Source: Catajapyx aquilonaris
Lineage: Eukaryota
Assembly: GCA_000934665.2 (NCBI GenBank)
Contig: JYFJ02003765.1
Span: forward strand, 1 to 37,838
Direction: 5' to 3'
Length of the DNA: 37,838 bases
The notes beneath the pieces are model-generated. The model was not told where the DNA came from. It was given only the letters and a program-made list of their open reading frames with translations, and ran no database searches. Positions 12,014 through 24,694 of this stretch are shown here, piece by piece. The stretch's first letter is position 1. The number at the start of each line of letters is the position of its first letter. Made by a program: the position numbers and the translations under genes.

Positions 12014-13132
12014 GTACAGAGTGTGTTGTACACAGTCCAAGTGTAAGAGGGGGAAGAGTTAAAAATTTACGGATTGATCACGCCAAGAGAGTCTATCAAC
12101 AATCACAACAAATAAATGTAGCTTGATTGCTTATTCTAACGCCATGGGCTTATTATTTATTTAGTTTTTAAACTTCCACTGACCGCCCGCCTCCTCTGCC
12201 GCCCTCTTGAGCTGGGGACTTTGGGCAGTGCACAGCAATGTATGTATAGCAGATTTTAATATACCTGGAAGAGGTTGAGTGCAGAGCGTATACAAAACAA
12301 GTTAATAACGGTGAATTGGAAGACTGTAGTATAGGCTCATTAGTGAGCCTACGACAGCCTTCCAATAAAAATATATGAGCCGGTTCCAAATGCGTCACAT
12401 ATATTTTTAGTGAAGGCCTACACATTAGTAATAATTTTTCTTTATGTAGGATGTAGAGTACTGTACCATATATCAAAAAAGGACTGTACGTTCAGCCAAA
12501 CGTATATCTCTGACTGGGAGATACAAAATCATCATCAGTAGTCTACTGTACCGGTAGTCGTACAATGTTAAATGTATGAAAACACATCGGAATTCTGATG
12601 ATTGTACAGTACGGCGCCAGAATGCGTTAAGTTGGAACTTCTTTTGATAGATACTGTAGTAATAATACATCGTCTTATTAAACTTAAATACGAAGCACGT
12701 TTATTGCGTATATTACTGACTATGAGTAACAATAAATAAAAAATAATGACCCTCTTCGTATCGTTCAAAAACGAAGGTGCACAATTTTCGGGAAAGAAGG
12801 TGTTGCGGACATTATGATATGGACATTTTGAATGAAATAAATTATAATCAGACGTAGTGCAAAATAATTTATTTGTTTTTTTATACATCTGTTTATATTT
12901 TTGGGAAAAAACGAAACCAGACATTTGGTAGTTACTAAATCTCACTCATGCATATTTTCTTAAATAACGTGGCTCAATAAAGCTTGTCTCCCAAATGGGT
13001 GACCTTAAGCCCTGAATGGGCCACCAGGTGGGAAGAAGGAACCCATGTCACGAAGGAATGTGATGTTGGGACACCAGACTGGCAAAGACTGCAGGAAGCC
13101 AGCAAGGTGTATCATCCATTATTAGTCTTGTT

Positions 13133-13834
13133 CTAATAGTGGAAACCATGGGCAGCCGCCTTGGCATGGTGGAAACCAGCGTAGGCAGGTGCAGCGTGGT
13201 AGGCAAGTCCAGCATGATAGGCAGGTGCAGCATGGTAAGCAGGTGCAGCATGATAGGCAGCAGCAACAACAGGTGCTGGAGCAGCATGGACCACGGGGGC
13301 GGGGGCAGCATGGACCACGGGGGCAGGGGCAGCTACCACAGCAGCCTGTGAAGGAACAACATTGATAGAGATGCCAAAAGTCTACGGTGACATTGCTCAA
13401 TATAGAGGTACACACCTGACGGTCGATGACAGCGTTGAAACCGTTGATGGGGTCAGAGTGGTAGGAGACGGTACGAAGGGTACCGTCGGGATCAGCCACG
13501 GAGTAACGGCCCACAACCACATCGCCATCGCGGGTCTCGGTGTGTCCCTTATTGTCGCCGGTCAGGGCATCACTCACGCTGTATGAATAGGTGTACTGAG
13601 GATGGGGGTCGAATGGTTCAGCCACGACGGGAGCAGCCACGGCAACAGGGGCAGCAACATGGGCGGCATATGGGACTGCGTAACCGTGAGCTGCGTAGGG
13701 GGCAGCAGCCACATGAGCCACACCAGCGCGGGCCACGGCCACGAGGGCCAGGAAGATAAGAGCCTGTGGACAGTCGATTTCTCTGGTGAGACGGTCCATG
13801 AAGGGAACTATGCACTTGCACCTACCTTGAACAT
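13133..13834 (-). CDS. RR-2 cuticular protein (chitin-binding R&R domain), 189 aa; exons 13834-13826, 13763-13416, 13345-13133
   Basis: ATG TTC AAG|gt; signal peptide [18 protein letters not shown]-2 consensus [65 protein letters not shown]; phase-0 GT-AG introns; AAP(A/V) and His repeats in the C-terminus. Confidence 0.95.
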
Positions 13835-13873
13835 GTTGGATATGTTTGGGAGTTGGACTGGAACGGTGGAGGC

Positions 13874-13909
13874 AACTGAAATGGCCAGGACGAGGAGGTC
13901 CAATTTATA
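13874..13909 (-). promoter_or_regulatory. Core promoter of cuticular gene 1 (TATA + Inr)
   Basis: Minus-strand TATAAAT (13909-13903) about 32 nt upstream of arthropod initiator TCAGTT (13879-13874), about 40 nt before the ATG. Confidence 0.75.
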
Positions 13910-16418
13910 CCACCTATGATTGCTTCCTGCCCTTCCCCTCTTGGCTTCTTACCACGCCCTGGGTCGGCCCCCCACCTACCCATGCCTGTCTCCCTTCCCA
14001 AATATGACCTTTGCCAGGAGAAACAACTAGACATATCAGTTGGTATGTGAAGGTAAGCCCCCCCACCTTGTCCCCTCCCCCTTTGCCTAACATAAGCCTC
14101 CCCTACACGAACCTTTAGCAAGTTAGCCCAACCCAAGAACAGGAGACTGGTAAGGATCTGTGTCTGTATGATATCATATCGCAAAATCGGCCTTGGTAAT
14201 TGGTGAACTCAATGACCTGTGAAATAAGTTCCTGTTTCATTAATTTTCCCACATTTCGTACGTACTGTACTCTTTCTGTTATGATTTCAGGAAGCTTATT
14301 ACTTAAGCGCCTTTCTATATATGAGGAATGCATTTCCGACATCTATAGAAGTTTGTTGCACAGATATTGTAAGAGCATAGGCAGATTATCTGATTGGATA
14401 AACACACATCAAATTAACTGGCATATTTTAACACAGTAAGAAGATCATTTAATTAGCAGGAAGTCGAGTTTTTGTAGATACTATAGGCATGAAGGACATT
14501 GCAGAGTAATTGTCAACAGTTCAACTTTTTTCAAAGTGCATCTCAATATTGTGAATCTCCGGTACTATAACTGCCGTAATATTCGCTATAACTAATTTCA
14601 TAGGTAAAGCAGTTGGTGTCAATTACTTTCAATGCAGCATATTGTCCTGCGACAACATTATAATCGTGAAAGTGAGAGTAGACCAAGGTCTTTTGTCTTG
14701 AGGGTTAAGGACACATACTTGTGACGGTCACAGGCTCCCAGTTCCTGTTCTGCCTTTATACGTATCATTCATTCCGTAGTAATCCAGAGCAGTTTCTAAA
14801 TTGCGGTACTTAAAATTCTTTGTTTGCAGCTCTTAGAACGACTATGATTATTGTTATTGCTGTTTACAATATCTAGTCAATATGCTAACTCGTTTCAAAT
14901 AGGACAGTTGCAGTTATGTAAACAATCATTCAATCGCTTAATTATTGTAATTGATTAGTTACGATGTCAATGCGGTAACTAACGAGTGATGTCTGACTCA
15001 TGGCTTCCAGCGAAATAAAAGTTGTATGGAATGTTTCAGTCAAGATGGTTAGCTTTGTCATAAAAAGGCGTTGTTAATATTTACGGTGCAGTAGTAATTG
15101 GCACATATCAGTGACCAAAATCCGAGCAATTTTCTGCAAATCTTGTGGGCGTGTCCCAACTTCACTGACAATAATAAGCCCATTTTCAGCTATGTATACT
15201 AGTCCGAAGTCTCGTGTTTTTCAGGCTTGAGGCCTTGACCAAGTCACGATTTCGAGAGAAAAAGTATCCACCGTTACTGAAACTCTTCTGACCAGCATTC
15301 ATATGTTTTCGTGGCCCTTTTTTGTTGGTACTGGTTGATGGTGGTGGAGGGATGTTGGAGCTAGATGTGTGGGTAGGTGAGCATGTGTGTGTCCAATCAC
15401 GAGAGAAAAACATTTATCTCACGCGAACTTTTAGTAGTGTTGTTATGTTGTGCAGATGGTCAGTCCGCATAATATTGCTGAAGGGCACAAAAAAATAACT
15501 TCAATAAACAACGGCATCTTATTCTTCAAAGAAGTGCTGGGGCATGACAGCACTTCATGATCCAATATAAGATTTTGAATTGTATGGACTATGAGTGGTA
15601 GTTATATCAAATGAAGTATTCATAGAATTCATAGATTTTTTTTGTTTTTGTTCATATACAGTATACCTATACATACAACCACTTGTTCAGTGTCACCTTT
15701 CAACTTTTTCTCAACCCAGAGAACAGCTTTCCGTTGGCAATGGGTGTGTGGGCCTCATTTTTTCTCTGACAAGGTAGCAACAAGTTTGTGACTTTCAGAC
15801 CAATCCTTCGTGCCAGTAACATTTCACACATCCAGCCCTCCCTCAGCACCTCATTCTCTTTACACCGTCTTGCAAAGTGAAATGAGTGCAGAGTGCTTAT
15901 ATCCTGCAAGGACAAGGACATTTTCAGAAGAGAGAAAAAAATTCAGACTGCAAGAGGAAGGGGGGGCCCACATGATTTAATGAATATGGGCGGTAAGGTC
16001 AGGGAGGGAAGGATAACTTGCGGATGTAGATCATATTCATAATATGATACTATTAATAAATGGTTTCATTTCACCAAATGTACTAGTTAAGAGGATATTG
16101 CACCTTTTTAAAACTCAGTAACCTTTTGACCGTTGACCTTTTGAGACATAGAGGGATCCAAGAAAACTAAACCGCAAGCTGAGCAGAAAATAATTCCAAA
16201 CTCTTGGAAGTAGCACCTAGGACACATTATTTGCACTTTTATTAATCAAAATTAGGTTCTCATGGAATATTAAGGCAATGGATCCTGCGATGATGTCACA
16301 GGTTACTTCCTCTTATGTCTAATAATATTATTGCTTGATTTTCCTATTGCTAGAATCATGTCTATCAAACACATGTAAGCTATATCCCACGTTTTATGCA
16401 TTTGACGGGTTACTATTA

Positions 16419-16668
16419 AGCTGCGTTTACATGTGGGCGATTTGATCGGCGATGTTATCGCCCGTGAGTTGTAGCGGTTCTGACGTCGCTCTGACGTCAT
16501 GACGCAAGCGATTGCGTTTACAAGCCGGCGACGTGCATCGCCACGCCATGTCAACAGTACAGTAACCTGTAGGCTGCCTGTAACCAGTCGTGACTGTACT
16601 GTTGACATGTCGAGCGATGTCATCGCCATCGTCTATTTCAAACACAGCTGAGCGATGTCTTCGCCGAT
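16419..16668. mobile_element. One-end-truncated Harbinger-like foldback MITE
   Basis: TTA|AGCTGCGTTTACATG left terminus; GATCGGCGATGTTATCGC is inversely repeated near 16650-16668; 17-bp perfect internal inverted repeat at 16547-16563 / 16593-16609; matching right terminus absent. Confidence 0.55.
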
Positions 16669-18719
16669 CCCCTCCTAGAGATAAATTATGATGCCGCTTT
16701 GGAGGTTCATCCTGGGTTCATCTATGCATTATTCCCTCAAAATTGTAGTTACTATTTTTGTATTTAGTACAGTGTTGCATTATCATGTGCAGAGTGATAA
16801 ATGATATACGCTCTCAGAAAAGGTTATTCTAAATATCACTAAAAATGTAACTACTATTAGGCTACAATATGACAATTCCATGTTTTGAATATATCTCCGA
16901 TCATTTAGTATCTTTCTCCACAGGTAACCACTGCATGAGCACGAACCAACCACTGCAGTAAGTGTTGTAGCGTGTGTCTGAAAAGTCACAACAGCACCCA
17001 ACGTTCGTCGTCATCTGCCTCGTCACCGATTGGTCCATCGACATTTCTTCCCCCTACATTTTTGACTTGTTCTGGGCAAATGAGTACGCTGCCGGCCAAA
17101 GTCTAAGAAACACCCTGCTAACTGTTCATATTAGCCTATGATATTGAATTGGAGATATATCCAGAGGACAGCTGCAGCCATACATAACTTACAGCAAGTG
17201 CGTACTTATGCCCTCGTGTACGTATTTTACATGGAAAATAGTTCATATCTATTTATTATCGATATCAGAAATAACTATGTAGACTACATGGAAAAATGTT
17301 TCTAGGTGTCACCAGGTGTCACAGCTCTATAATCCGGTAAGACATACCAAAAAAGTGAAAAAAGTACCGTGCATGAGAGAAAATGACGTCACATGAGGAA
17401 AGATACCTTTATGATATTAATAACTACTTGACTGTAACTTCTTCGGTTCCAATCATTATCCTTGAATTTTTCCAGGCTCTTCCTGAATAACAATCCCACT
17501 TGTCTCAACTCACATGACTACGCGGTGTTGCCGAAACATTCTTACAGCGAACATAAACAGGATCTGGCGGTCTAGGCTAATTGGCCACACCCTTTCCACC
17601 CAGCGGAAGAGGATGACCAGGTGAACACTTTGCATTATTGCCGGCGCCCACTTTCACTTGGGAAAGACCCTCAAGGTACTACCTTTGAAGGTCGGGCCCA
17701 GAGAAGGTCGCATGAATTTATTGTAAGGCATCGTTATTTATTTATTTATTTATTTATTAACGTACCAGTATTTATGTACATAGTTGTGAGTATACTGACT
17801 TGCGGTGACCTTTCTTATTATATGTGGATTTTCCAAACTAATCGTTACGTCCATAAATAATTGGGGTAATTCTGTACTTCACCGAACAATTTGTTGAAAA
17901 CCTATTTTCAGAGATACTTATCTTGTTGGAGTGTAGTTTAATGCAATATCTTGCGTAACCTGCCTGATAAGAGACGAGTTTTCCCACTTTTTAGTGCATA
18001 CTTACCAGGGCATGACCAAAACCGGATATATCGATAAGGCGATAGACACTGAAGAAATATTGCATTTCTAATAGTGAAACCGTTGAGACCTTTTTATGGA
18101 GGGGGATAGATTAAATACTCTAAATTTGCGATAGCCACTTACGCTCAAAACCTCTTACATACACTATAATAACATGTTCTGCATGTTGGCAAATATTATA
18201 TATTTGATGTGGGGATTGTGGGCACGGTACGTTCATCATGGACCACATGCCTGGTACAGGTGTGTACAGTACATGCGAGCATGTGCCACTTTTATTGATT
18301 GATTATATTGATAATTTTTATATAAAATAACTGTAATGCCTTTATATTATAATGACTTGCTCCGAGATGCGATACTTGTAGCCTGAGCACTCCTATACTC
18401 GTCCGCGGTAATAGTGGGAAAAATGCATTTCGGCATATTTTTGCCATGGAAACTGGTTGCATACCGTACCCGTTCTGTATGAATGGGTATGAAATAGCTA
18501 TGAAATGGGACAACCAACCAAACAAAATTCGCCTTATAATTATATAGATTTATTATGTTTATTTTATCGTGTGTGTAGACTTATCCTTCGATATTTCCAC
18601 ATTTCCGACAGTTTTTGTATTAGACTGTCTAAAATGTGAAAACTTTTCGGGTGTAAATATTTTTTCTCACAATACAACATACGGTACTGTATCAGCATGG
18701 TGGCACACATGCTTAGCTA

Positions 18720-19191
18720 AAGGCGGCCCTGCCTAACTTCGACCCTACGTCATCGTTTCTTACAGTGTTCTTTTTTGTTGACACTGTTTACTCATATTGT
18801 TATGTGGTGGTATTTCTATGGAGAACTTTTTTTTGTGTTACCCCATTGGGAGTTACATCTCCTTTAGGGGGGTAGAATACCACCATCTGGGTGGAACCGG
18901 TATACTAAGATAGTATTTAGTTTGTTCCTAGGGTAGGTAGGAGGGGATGTGCAAAGTGCATGTGCAATGTCTCTAACGGTCATTTTGTGAACTCCCCCGG
19001 GTGGCTTAGTCTATCGGAAATTGCCACCCGAAATGAAGCCAGAGATGGCCCAACTCTGCACGCATAAAGGTGGGAGCCCCGGGTGGGGATTGAACCCGGG
19101 ACCTTAATATCCGTTACCGCGGCGCCACTTCATCTCCCCATTTCCATGGAGAACTTGATGACGTAGGGTCGAAGTTAGGCCGGGCCGCCTT
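18720..19191. mobile_element. MITE with about 35-bp TIRs, interrupted by a SINE
   Basis: AAGGCGGCCCTGCCTAACTTCGACCCTACGTCATC and its reverse complement (one mismatch) at 19157-19191; flanks read as TA or TWA, so the superfamily is ambiguous. Confidence 0.8.
18829..19139 (-). mobile_element. tRNA-derived SINE (family B) with poly(A) tail
   Basis: 17-bp TSD ATTTC(T/C)ATGGAGAACTT (18812-18828, 19140-19156); A-box-like AGTGGCGCCGCGG and B-box GGGTTCAATCCCC on the minus strand; T-run at the left end. Confidence 0.85.
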
Positions 19192-20389
19192 TACTAGGAT
19201 CACACGATCACCACTGATCTAAGTATTTGTTGTATTACATGGTACCTGATATTGTAAACTTATGTCGAACAATCTGATAGCCTATCCTCCAAGCCTGTAT
19301 ATGTTCTTTAGTATTTTGATTGCATCCTATTGCCTCTTATATCGTATGTCACGATATATTTTTCTTGCGGAGCTTGCGTAAAATGTGCAGGAAAGTCTCT
19401 GAAAGTCCCGGACCATTGTCTTGGTGCTCTTATCGCTTGAACCATGTTCGAGACTTTGATTAATGTGCGTGTTTACTGACTGTAACATTCAGTCTGAGGC
19501 ATTGCCATACGGTTGGACACATCCAATTGTCGAACTTCTTTGAGCATTTTTCTACATTCTAGGCCAGTGCTTCCCAATTTCTTTCGTTGGCAACCCCTAA
19601 AAATCGTCTTGTAAAATTTGCGACCTCCTATATGTGCACATGTCGATCCGCCAACTGATCATATATTTTCCACCCCATAATAAATTTTGACATAAAAAAT
19701 AAGAACAAATTGCAAAAATTTGCATTTGTTGGTTTATATAGACAGCAGACGTTCTGGCTTGGAATGACTATGACCAATCAACTAAGGATGAGTAAATATT
19801 TGTTTGGTTTATTGGGGGCACCAAAGTATTTCAGCGTCCTGACATAGGAGACAAGGTAAAATGGTAAGAGCAGCTTTTAGACAGTCGGCGGAAACGGAAA
19901 AAAACCCGAGAAAATCTGCGTTCGCAACTCTTTCCACATGATAAAATGTCCTCTGTCTGACCTGGGGATCGAACGATCAGCAAAGAAATTGCTTACAATA
20001 TGGTACAGATATTTGGACGTGGGAGGAAACGGGCGAACCCCAGGTAAACCCACGCCAACCCAGAGAGTGGCGGCGAGAATGCCGTTCTTCATAAACAAAA
20101 ATTTGATACCATGGTATGGATCAAAAAAATTCCTTAATCCGCTGGTGTTTGTGTGAAATAGTTAGCTATTTTCTAGCTACATAAAGATAAAAAGGAATGT
20201 GTACCATTATCTTGTTATGGTGCATTTTGTGGAAAATTCTTGGAACATTTGTATGGCCAAATGATTTTGATTCTCTGGACGCGCTAACATAACAAAGAGA
20301 TGTTGATAAATTATGTATGACGCATGAATTTTTGGTGTCGCTTATCAGGCTAATGCAGCAGTAAAGCACTAACTTGTAAGCACTGACTG

Positions 20390-20780
20390 AGAATTATACA
20401 GCTGCTCGTTATTACCTCCGGATCCTTGACCTTCGCTCGCCATATCTAAAATATCGCACCCCAAGTCTGCCAGATTACATTAATGCAGCAGTCTTCTCCA
20501 AGCAGGCCTACAAACAGTATCACAAAGGACACCACTGCATCTCATGTAAGTATATTATTGTGCAAGAGCACAGGTTGTCATTCGAACTACTGTATAGGTA
20601 CCAGTACTCAGGATTTTCGTATAACCACACCCGATCTGAACCGATCTCGAAACACTTTCCCTTTTACTCAAAGGGTGATCAAGGTCTGCAAGTAGACCTG
20701 GTTGCGTGTTTGGAAGTTCTGCGTCACCTAATGTAATTATTCCCAGGTCCTTGAGGAAGGAAATGACCACGTTTGATCGC
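20390..20780. mobile_element. Highly decayed CR1-like LINE ORF2 fragments
   Basis: Plus strand translates to YLRILDLRS...STGCHSNY...RNTFPFTQRVIKV, resembling the CR1 C-terminal RLxxLxLxSL / TRGH / FFSxRVVxxWN motifs. The adjacent minus strand gives SFLKDLGII (KDLG motif). Motif resemblance only. Confidence 0.35.
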
Positions 20781-23330
20781 CACTCTGCTGCTTTACATTA
20801 TTGCAAATGTTAGGGAGTACTTATGAAGGTCACACGAATCGCATTGACAGGCGATAGTAATGGTGGTCTTCTGCTCACAGTAAAACACTATAGTCATATT
20901 TACATATTTTGGAGTCAGTTGCTTACAGTAACTGTCTTTTGCTACATTGAATAGGTGCCAATTGTTTTTTTATCTTAGCATTTTGTGTCCCTGTAGCACG
21001 AGCTGTAACGTTCGCCAACTTATGAGTCATTCTGCTACTGTACGTTGGTTTAATTGGCGGGGATACTATGTTGCACAGTAGTACTGTACAGTACAGTTGG
21101 TGTACATGTCGCGGTTTTATTTCGTCAAGTTTTTCAAAATTTACGGTATGCACTGTGTACCAGGGGAAACAAAAATTATCTAGGATCCTTATTGTGACAG
21201 AGATTCTGCAAATTCCATAGTATACAATTTAGGCATTCCGTACATACCGGATAACTTGCTTAAACGTGGCGAGAGTCCGGAATTTCCACCGATATGGATA
21301 TGAGGTATATTGTGAAACATACTGTATAAGATACCGGTACTGTATATCACCTTGCAAGTCAGGAATAAAGTCTGTATAGAAAAATAAGAAGCGTAATCTT
21401 ACTTGGGACAAAAGAAAAAAAGGTCTGGGCCTACACAGATTGGGCCTCACGTCCTTGGCTTTATTTTCTAATCGTCCAAGGATTTTTAAAAAAAGTATCT
21501 AAGAAATTTTCCTGGTTCCCTGCTGCATTTGTATCCCTGTTTCCTTTATGAAATTAAAGCACTGCAAGCACAGAATGAATTTTAATTATATATATATTAG
21601 TAAATAACAAGGTAGTAAATTTAATGAGTTTCATATCGTCCATCAGGTCGGTTGCTTATGCTATAAAAGAAAATTGGTAACAAATGCATCGCGATAAAAG
21701 TTAAAACACTCAAATCATGCACGTGTTTGCGGTTTGTTGACATTAATTCCAGGAAAACCGCAAATTAAGTACCGGAAATATTAAAAGTCACGTGCATGTT
21801 CCGGATGGGACGTTGCCAGAAAGACGTGACTTCCTATGATCACCAAGGCTATTTCCACTGGGCCAAGGTCAATTCCATGAATGCAAGCGAAGCTGATACA
21901 GCTCGACAGGTCTGACATGTCCCGATAGAGGACAGTAGTACGCAGGCCATTGCCAGCGAGTCAGTGCACGCCCTTCTTACGTTCAAAAAAAGCTTGACAA
22001 TCAACTGTGGCGGTGCCTCGCGTTACTCTATCACGACTTCAAGCCAGTTATTCACATGTAAGTACGCTGTTTCACTCAGTGCAAGTCAGGTGCAATAATC
22101 TGTTGCTCTCACTGGTTGAATCATGGCTGATGTTGTATTAAGTAATTGTTGAAATTGTGCTCGTAAGTGTTACGTAACTTACAAGGTTATGTATTACAAG
22201 GCGCAGTACGAGTCCATATGCGTGAAGGCAACTGGCAAGAAAATAATGACTGAATAAAAAAAAACACTGTCAATCAACATTAGGGTCTGTGTAGTTGCAA
22301 TGCAATTCTAGCAGCTGAAATTGTCAAAGTGTTGCATGAGTACAAGATGTAATCGCAAACGTCAGGTATTGTTAGGGAATGTAACATGTAATGAGATACT
22401 GCGTATAGAGCTGTCATCTTGTAATTTATGACACGTAAATTATTTCCGGAGGCAATTTAGCCTTAATTATTAACATGTGTTTTAATATTATTTGTGAGAT
22501 TATTTTATTATATTCGGTCTCTCGTCCGTAATTACTGGGATACAAAAATAATTACGGTACTTAACAAAAGAAACCATTTTCTATATCTTTAGGGCAACAT
22601 GTAAGTGCCCGAAATAAGCGTTTAAAAGTATGTGAAGCATGGAATAATATTGTTTATAGAAAATAAGAACTATTCAGTTCATTTGCTGTTCATTAGCATC
22701 TACTCGTATATTAAGTTTTAAGTTTTACGATCCCACATGACGTCGTGACTTTCGTGAATTCAGTACAGTACAGCCCATACATTACGGGCCGTTTCATTTA
22801 CCCATTGTAGGCCTACTGCACCTGATTACTTATCAAATTCGTGACATTTGAACACGAGTAGCCCGGCTGCGGGGATTAATTTTGCAGTGCTACAATAAAT
22901 CAGGATGACAAAACTAACGGCACACTATAGCTATTAAGTACAGGAAGTTCTAATTACATCGAGGTGGTCTAATCTGCATTGTTAGGTGCAATCAGGGTAT
23001 CATTCGAAATGTCCCGAGTTCAATTCTCGACTCCACAGATTGAGATTTTCTGCCGTTTCCCCCGGTTCTTCCTTTCCGAATTGACCACTTCCTTCCGCCC
23101 CTCTTCTTGTCCATTGAAATATATTAGCATGTAGGCCCTACTGTACAGAAGGGATGAGCTCTTTCGGTCATTGGCCAGCGATATAGATGACTGTTCCGTG
23201 GTGAAAGGGCTTTCTTCCTGATTCCCCTCTGCAACATTACGATTGACCACCCTGTGCTGATGTAGTACGACGTATAACTGACATGTACAGTATTCCAGCA
23301 TACAATAAGTATATTTTTTAAATAATAATT

Positions 23331-23715
23331 GAAGGGTTTGGTGGAAAAACAGGATATGTTCATTTTTGGTCGAAAATGAGTTATGGGTGTTTCTGCTATC
23401 TTGGGACCATTCTGCATCTTTTGGTTCAAAAATCAAACCTGTCATGCCCTCCACTGAGAAAATATAGTCTCTAGAGTACTACAGTCCTCATATAAGGACA
23501 TTCGGAAAAACGATTTTTTTTTCCAAATGGGCTGTACCTATGCACCCATTAGGAAGTGTGTTTTGCACCACAGTTTACTACAGACTTTGGTATCCCCCTA
23601 TTTAAAAAAAAATTATAATTAGAAACATTTAAAAAATTAGCAGGTAATTCAGTTTTTCTTTGTTTTCTCGAAAGTAACAAAAATGGACATATCTGGTTTT
23701 TCCACCAAACCATTC
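23331..23715. mobile_element. 385-bp MITE with AATT flanks (Sola-like)
   Basis: About 38-bp imperfect TIRs GAAGGGTTTGGTGGAAAAACAGGATATGTTCATTTTTG / CAAAAATGGACATATCTGGTTTTTCCACCAAACCATTC; AATT at 23327-23330 and 23716-23719. Confidence 0.75.
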
Positions 23716-24425
23716 AATTTATTCTTGTAGGCCAAAAATTCACTGGCGGTCGGATTATCCATAAGAATTTAGAAGCATCATGTGCATTATTATGCAATAT
23801 TATCTCACGAATTTTATCTCTCAAAGGATAATTTCTTATTTTGCAACCATGCTCTTCAAATAAGTTACCTCGTAGTAATCTAATCAGCACATATGTGAAA
23901 TATTGTGTGATTTCTAAAAAGGCCATTTCACAGGAAAACACGTATTGCACTGTTTCTATTGTGTGAAGCCATAAAACATTTCAGGAAATAATTAATATTG
24001 AAAGCTGATTGGATATTGCCGCATATTATCAGATGATTTGTTAAGCCTATATTATTAGCTTTGTTTTTGGCAGTAACCTGCGCATAAGAAGAACCGTTAT
24101 AGGGCCGTTTTTTTCTCGCGCACAAGAGGGAAAAATAGGTAATGATTATCCTCTTGACAGCACAAATATTCAGGGCATAACAAAATGGACGAGAATATAT
24201 ATCCACCACTGTGGACCTATAGATGCATAGGTCTGGTGTTCTACTATAAGGGCATACTAGATTACAGTTTTCGACCCTAATGAATCATGCATTGGTGGGT
24301 ACGCAATAAGACGCTCGGGAAGATGTCCTGCATAATGAGAGCATGACGTTTGTCCATAACAGTCCTTAGGCTTTCGAAATAGTTTATTCCCTTATTACTA
24401 GGAAAGGGCACAGAAGGGCAGAAGC

Positions 24426-24479
24426 TGATATCTACCCGGTGAAGCATGTCTATAGACATGCTTCACCGGGTAGATATCA
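24426..24479. repeat. Perfect 54-bp spacerless palindrome
   Basis: TGATATCTACCCGGTGAAGCATGTCTA|TAGACATGCTTCACCGGGTAGATATCA, followed by short CACTATAGTG / GCTATG repeats to about 24545. Confidence 0.95.
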
Positions 24480-24694
24480 CTATAGTGCATGAATTTGCTA
24501 TGTGCTATGCTATAGTGCACTATAGCACTATAGTGCGAATTCACTGACAGTCAGTGTTACAAATACGAGTAGCCTACATAAGTTACAGGATATTCCGCAC
24601 CGTACGTACTGTAGTGTTTTGTATATCCCTACCTTACATTATATAGGCTGGATAAAGAACCATGCATTGAATACTGGAAAATATTTTCAGAACC

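Noticed and set aside
13048..13919. Cys-rich tail of the 225-aa ORF and antisense ORFs over cuticular gene 1
   Set aside because: Produced by reading through the 70-bp intron into the wrong frame; splicing gives the AAPA-rich frame.
17560..17760. GC-richer stretch ending in (TTTA)n
   Set aside because: Possibly an old retroposon, but no B box or TSD could be identified.
19565..19630. CAGTGCTTCCCAA hAT/Charlie-like terminus after TTCTAGGC
   Set aside because: No matching right terminus or second TSD found, so no element can be delimited.
19870..20060. SINE-like fragments (reverse B box GGGGATCGAAC; GGAGGAAAC...AAACCCACGC)
   Set aside because: Too decayed; no TSD, tail or boundaries.
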